Source: Paramoeba atlantica (lineage: Eukaryota > Protista > Discosea). Taken from it: a stretch of DNA of 64,000 bases. Location of the stretch: contig CDRNVI010000177.1 in assembly GCA_977017575.1 (NCBI GenBank), positions 1-64,000 on the forward strand. The letters run 5' to 3'. The notes below the pieces were generated by a model, which was not told the DNA's origin, ran no database searches, and saw only the letters and a list, made by a program, of their open reading frames with translations. The position numbers and the translations under genes were made by a program. Below are positions 58,953-64,000 of this stretch, one piece after another; within the stretch, counting starts at the first letter, position 1, and every line of letters begins with the position of its first letter.

Positions 58953-60237
58953 GGCGATTTTGTTTTTTGAACAAGAGGTCCCCGAAGAAGAGACCAAACG
59001 GAAACGAACAAGGAATTCCCTAATATAGGGATTTATCTCATTCTGCCGCGCTAGATTTAGCTCTCGAATTCATTTTTTTCCCTTCTTTGTGTCTCTTTGG
59101 CAACACACGCGTTGAATCCTTTGTTGCTCTTTCTTCTTCTTAGCGTTGCAGCCAGCCTGTGCCTGCTTTCACTCCTTTTCTTTGTTTTCTGCTTTTTGTT
59201 TTGCTTTCACTTTTACCATTGAAACTTTCGTTCTTGTTTGTTGACTTTCAACCCCGAAATAAATCTCTGATTTACGCCCATTTCTTCTTTTTTGGAGAGA
59301 AAAAAAAAAAAGAGAGAAAAAAAAAGGACTGAGAGAAGAAACCAAGAAAGAGGAACCAAAAATGAGAAAAAAAATAGCGGCCAAATGACGGACCCCTATT
59401 TCGGGTCCGAAAACCTCTATCTTCTTTTTTTTCTCTTGTCTTTTCCTCTTTTCTTTTCCCTCTTTATTTTCCCTCTTTTTCTTTTTTCTTTCTTCTTTTT
59501 TTTGTCCCTGAGTACATTTTCTTCTCTTTTGGATGTTCCAAATTTTTGGATCCAGTGTCTTTTCTCTCTTTTTTTTTTTCTCTCTCTGTTTTTTCGCTAC
59601 TTTCCCCCCTTCTCTCTTTCTCTCTTTCTCTCTTTCTCTTTTTTACTTTTCCCTTCCTTTCCTTTCCTTTCCTTTCCTTTCTGTGGGGTGGTCGGTTTCC
59701 TTTTCTTTTCTTTTCTTTTCTCTTTTTTTTTTCTCTTTTTTTTTTCTCTTTTTTTTTTCTCTTTTCTTTTTCTTTTTCTTTTTCTTTTTCTTTAATCTTT
59801 TTTTTTAATTCTTTCTTTTTTAAAAAGAAAAAACCTTTGAAATAATACTTTTTTTCTTTTATTCCCTTTCCTTTTTCTCTCTTTCTTTTCTCTTTCCTTT
59901 TTCTTTCTCTCTTCTTCTTCTTCTCTCTTTCTCATTCTCTCATTCCTCATTTTCTCCTTCTCTTCTCTCTCTTTCTCTCTTCTCTCTCTTTCTCTCCTCT
60001 CCTCTTTCTCTCTCTCTTTCTCTTTCTCTTTCTCTTCCGCTTTCTCTTCCGCTTTCTCTTCCGCTTTCTCTTCCACTTTCTCTTCCACTTTCTCTTCCAC
60101 TTTCTCTTCCACTTTCTCTTTCTCTCTCTCTCTTCTCTCTTCTCTCTCTTCTCTCTCTTCTCTCTTCTCTCTTCTCTCTTCTCTCTTCTCTCTTCTCTCT
60201 TCTCTCTTCTCTCTTTCTCTTCTATTTGTTAAAAAAG

Positions 60238-62033
60238 GCTTTTGGCGGACAACTATCTCAGTGGGACAATCCCAACCGAAATTGGAGTTCTTTCTTCTCT
60301 TTATTTGTTTCTTTTTCTTTTTTTTCTTTTTTTTCTTTTTTTTCTTTTTTCTTTTTTCTTTTTCTTTTTCTTTTTCTTTTTCTTTTTCTTTTTCTTTTTC
60401 TTTCTTTTCTCTTTTCTCTTTTTTCTTTTCTTTTAACTTTTAACTTTTTCTTTCTTCTTTCTCTCCCCTTTTCTCTCTCTCCCCTCCTTTTCTCTCTCCC
60501 TCCCTTCCTTTTCTCTCTCTCTCCCCTTTTCTCTCCCTCTCTCCCTCTCTCTCTTCTCTCTCTTCTCTTTCTAGAGATCTTTCTGACAATACTTTGAGAG
60601 GGACTGTTCCATCAGAAATTGAAAATCTTCATCATGTCCAAATCATGTTTTTTTATTTTTTATTTTTTATTTTTTATTTTTTATTTTTTATTTTTTATTT
60701 TTTATTTTTTATTTTTTATTTTTATTTTTATTTATTTTTATTTTTATTTTTATTTTTCTTTTTATTTTATTTTTTTTCTTTCTTTTATTATTCTTTTAAT
60801 AATTTTATCATTTTCTCTCTTTTCTTTCTTTTCCTTTCCTTTCTTTTCCTTTCCTTTCTTTTTCTCTTCTCTTCTCTTCTTCTCTTCTCTTCTCTTCTTC
60901 TCTTTTCTTCTCTTTTCTTCTCTTCTCTTCTCTTTTCTTTTCTTTTCTTTTCTTCTCTTTTCTTCTCTTTTCTTCTCTTTTCTTCTCTTCTCTTCTCTTT
61001 TCTTTCTTTCTTTTCCAAAAGGTTTTTAGGAGTCAATCAACTGAAAGGAGAAAAAATCTTGGACAAAATTTCAAAACTTCATTCTTTAACTGATTTGTAA
61101 TTTTTTCTTTTTCTTTTTTTTTCTTTTTTTTTTCTTTTTCTTTTTTTCTTTTTCTTTTTTTCTTTTTTTCTTTTTTTCTTTTTTTTCTTTTTTATCTTTT
61201 TTCTTTTTTCTTTTTCTTTCTTTTTTTTTTTCTTTTTTCTTTTTTCTTTCTTTCCCATTTTTCTTTCATTTTCTTTCTTTCTTTCATTTCTTTTCATTTC
61301 TTTCATTTTTATTGAAATTATTTTTGATTTTATCAGATCACTGGGAGGGAATTTCTTTTCAGAGACAATGCCTGTTGAATTTGCACAACTCTTTGATCTC
61401 CTTCAAATGTTTTTCTTTTCTTTTTCTTTTTTCTTTTTTCTTTCTTTTTTTTTCTTTTTTTTCTTCGGATTATTTTTTGAATAAATTATTCTGTTCTGAT
61501 GATTTTTTTCTTTTCTTTCTTTCTCTCACTTTTCTCTCTCACTTTTCTCTCTCTTTCTCTTTCTTTTCTCTCTCTCTCTCTCTCTCTCTCCTCTCTCCTC
61601 TCTCCCTCTCCTTTTCATAATATTATTAGACATCGTTTCTAATAACTTCACAGGGTCTTTGCCTACTGAATTTGGACAACTTTCATTGGACTTGGATGTT
61701 TATTTATTTTATTTATTTTATTTATTTTATTTATTTTATTTATTTTATTTATTTTATTTATTTTATTTATTTTATTATTTTTTTTATTATTTATTTTTTT
61801 ATTATTTTTATTATTTTTATTATTTTTATTATTTTTATTATTTTATTATTTTTATTCTTTTTTTATTCTTTTTTTATTCTTTTTTTATTCTTTTTCTTTT
61901 TCTTTTTTTCCTTTTTAACTCTTATTTCTTTTCTTTCCCTCTTCTTTCTTTCTCTTTGTAGGTATTTCAGTAAGAATTCATTCACAAGACCACTTCCAAC
62001 CGAAATAGAACAACTCACGAATCTTGTTCAAAT
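60238..62033 (+). CDS. Plant-specific-like LRR protein (partial, possibly pseudogenised), one repeat per exon: 60238-60306, 60575-60646, 61022-61096, 61337-61408, (61630-61697), 61962-62033
   Basis: AG|exon|GT boundaries with phase-2 introns. Repeats LADNYLSGTIPTEIGVLSSL, DLSDNTLRGTVPSEIENL, FLGVNQLKGEKIL, SLGGNFFSETMPVEFAQL, IVSNNFTGSLPTEFGQL and YFSKNSFTRPLPTEIEQL. Confidence 0.88.
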
Positions 62034-62739
62034 GTATTTTTTTCTTTTTTTCTTTTTTTCTTTTTTTCTTTTTTTCTTTTCTTTTTTTTTCTTTTTTTTT
62101 TTCCTTTTTCCTTTTTCCATTTTCTTTTTCTTTTTCTTTTTCGTTCTCTTTTTCTTTCCACCAATCCAAGATCAAAAACCTTTATTTTGTTGGGTGTTTT
62201 GTGGTGATGTGTTTTTTTCTTTTCTTTGTTTTTCTTTGTTTTTCTTTGTTTTTCTTTGTTTTTTTCTTTGTTTTTCTTTGTTTTTTTTTGAATTGGAAAA
62301 CTAATTTTTCTTTCTTTTCTTTTTTCTTTTTCTGTTAGATGATAATATAATCAAAAAACAAGAAAAACAGAACAATTGAAGGGATTTTTGTGGTGATGTT
62401 TTGGAGTTTTATGAACAAATTAAATAGTTCTTTTGATTTGTTCAAACAACTCTTTTTTCTTCTTTGATATTTTTAAGCTATTTGACCCCTCAAGACTGAA
62501 TGTCCCAGAAGATGATCCAATTCTCACTGAGAGAGAGAGAGAGAGAGAGAGGAGTCGGGGAGTTAGGGAGTCAAGGAGACTTGAGATCCCACCAAACAAA
62601 GTTCTTTTTTTTATTCTTTTTTTTCTTCTTTTTTCTTTGTTTTTTTCTTTTTCTTTTCCTTTGTTTTTTCTTTTTCCTCTTTTCTTTCTTTTTCCTTTTC
62701 TCTTTTTTTTCTTTGTTCCTTTTCTCTTGTTTAATCTCC

Positions 62740-63731
62740 ATTTCCCTCTTTCTTTCTTTGGTACAACAAAGGCTGGAGATACCGCTGTTGGTGAAGTCTC
62801 CTCTTCCACTGTGAATCCTAACTCCTCCTGTTCCTTCTTCTTGAGTACTTTCTCCGGCCTCCTTCTCGCATCATTATCCCCTTGATTATCCTTGGTTTTG
62901 GTCTCTTCCCCTTTTGAAGTAGAGTTTCTCGAGCCAACTCCAAACCTCCTTTGTTCTCTTCTTCCTCTGAACTAATTGGGCCAATTCAACATTCAAATAG
63001 GTTGTTGGCTGCTTCCTGAACTGTCCAAAAGGTGGCTTGACAAAAGGTCTCAAATCCAGACCCTCAGCATCCCCCTGAGGATCTCAGTGACCCTCATCGG
63101 GAGTGAGCAATGTTGTCAATTCATGGAAATTTTAGGCCTTCTGGCCAGCTGAGCTGATTGGCATTACGAATTTCTCTGGTCTGCTCTTGGGTTCATATTT
63201 CTTTGTCACTTTCTTTGGAATCTCCTTGAACCTCATTCGATGACATCCACCTCACCTCTGAGATCCTTGGATTTCCTAAAGTTGGTGTTAGAGAATCATT
63301 TTCTTCTGTTCTGTTGATAGGATCAAAGATTTCTCCTAAATCAAATTTCACTTTCTCATCCTTTCCATTCTCATATGTGTCTCTCTTCTATTTCCTTCTC
63401 AAGTCCTGGCTGTGCTTACACGAATTTGACCATGGCGAGACATGATGAGGCATGAGAGTGCTTTTTATGTGCGGAAAGTGCTCAGTCTTTCGATGCAAGG
63501 ATATCTTTTGAGAATATTGCGTTCCTTCTAATGATGTGTGCGCTTTTTGTCCATTTTGCCCCCTCATCCACTTCTTGTCTTGCCTCTTTGCTTTCTTCTC
63601 CTCTGGTTTAAAGATATGTCAGATCATGCAAGATGAATTTGTGGATGCAGGATCGGAAATTCAGATGGCCAAACTGAAGTGATTGATTATCTTTGCGACA
63701 ATACCAAATGTACCTCTCTGATCTATTACAG
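62740..63731 (-). pseudogene. Decayed retroelement fragment with an RT N-terminal motif (DIRS/Ngaro-like or another RT group)
   Basis: EQEELGF..EETSPTAVSPAFVVPKKERGKWRL, after which the sequence degrades into low complexity. Confidence 0.4.
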
Positions 63732-64000
63732 TGTTGGAGTGAGTGAGACCTGCCTCCAACACATTAGTGGTGCTTTCCAGAGCTTTTAGAGCTTTCCTGA
63801 GCTTCTCTGAGCTTCCCTGAGTTTCTTTGAGCCTTCCCAGAGCTTCTCTGGATGCCTTTTGTCATGGGTTTTGGCCTTCCTGATGAGCCAGGAGCTTCAC
63901 AGACAGCCTGTGCGCCAGTTTGGTGTTTTTGCCAGAATCACAAGTTTTTTAGTGCTCTTTTTATTTGCTTTCACGTTTTCATGCTGTTTTCTCTGGTTTC
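63732..64000 (+). mobile_element. LTR of a related gypsy subfamily, running off the window end
   Basis: Starts TGTTGGAGTGAGTGAGACCTGCCTCCAACAC, compared with TGTTGGGGTGAGACCTGCTTCCAAC in the main LTR. Shares AGTGCTCTTTTTATT. No PPT precedes it, so it is a 5' or solo LTR. Confidence 0.85.

Noticed and set aside
59040-59540. Additional exons upstream of the LRR gene or a gene on the minus strand
   Set aside because: There are short complex islands, but I could not assign a consistent frame, splice phase or protein motif.
51300-62900. Dozens of F/L/S-rich or K/E/R-rich ORFs in the ORF track
   Set aside because: They are translations of microsatellite and homopolymer tracts in introns and intergenic DNA, and they are open on both strands because of base composition.

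Overview
Eukaryotic nuclear DNA: GT-AG introns and tRNA-derived SINEs are present, and there is no operon structure. The lineage cannot be determined from the sequence, though it looks protist-like. About 51 kb is a nested stack of transposable elements. (1) Three copies of one L1-type LINE (APE-RT-zinc finger-RNase H). Copy A spans 1-21478 and is interrupted three times. Copy B spans 29210-36205, is full length and has a perfect 17-bp TSD. Copy C spans 24743-26935 and is truncated and heavily AT-mutated. A second, diverged LINE family is also present. (2) A 13.6-kb Ty3/gypsy chromovirus (6231-19870) with both LTRs, PBS, PPT and a 4-bp TSD, plus a solo LTR of the same family and a decayed second gypsy (about 45985-51421). 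(3) Six copies of two tRNA-derived SINE families that share a central core. (4) A pogo-like DDE transposon, a CACTA MITE, a CAC-ended TIR element and a foldback element. (5) An unclassified repeat of about 3 kb. The last 12 kb contains low-complexity introns, a retrocopied cofilin pseudogene, an F-box-like pseudogene exon and an LRR gene with one repeat per phase-2 exon of about 72 nt. Copies of the same element differ almost only by G:C to A:T transitions, including outside CpG, which resembles RIP. All alignments and counts were done by eye and need computational confirmation.
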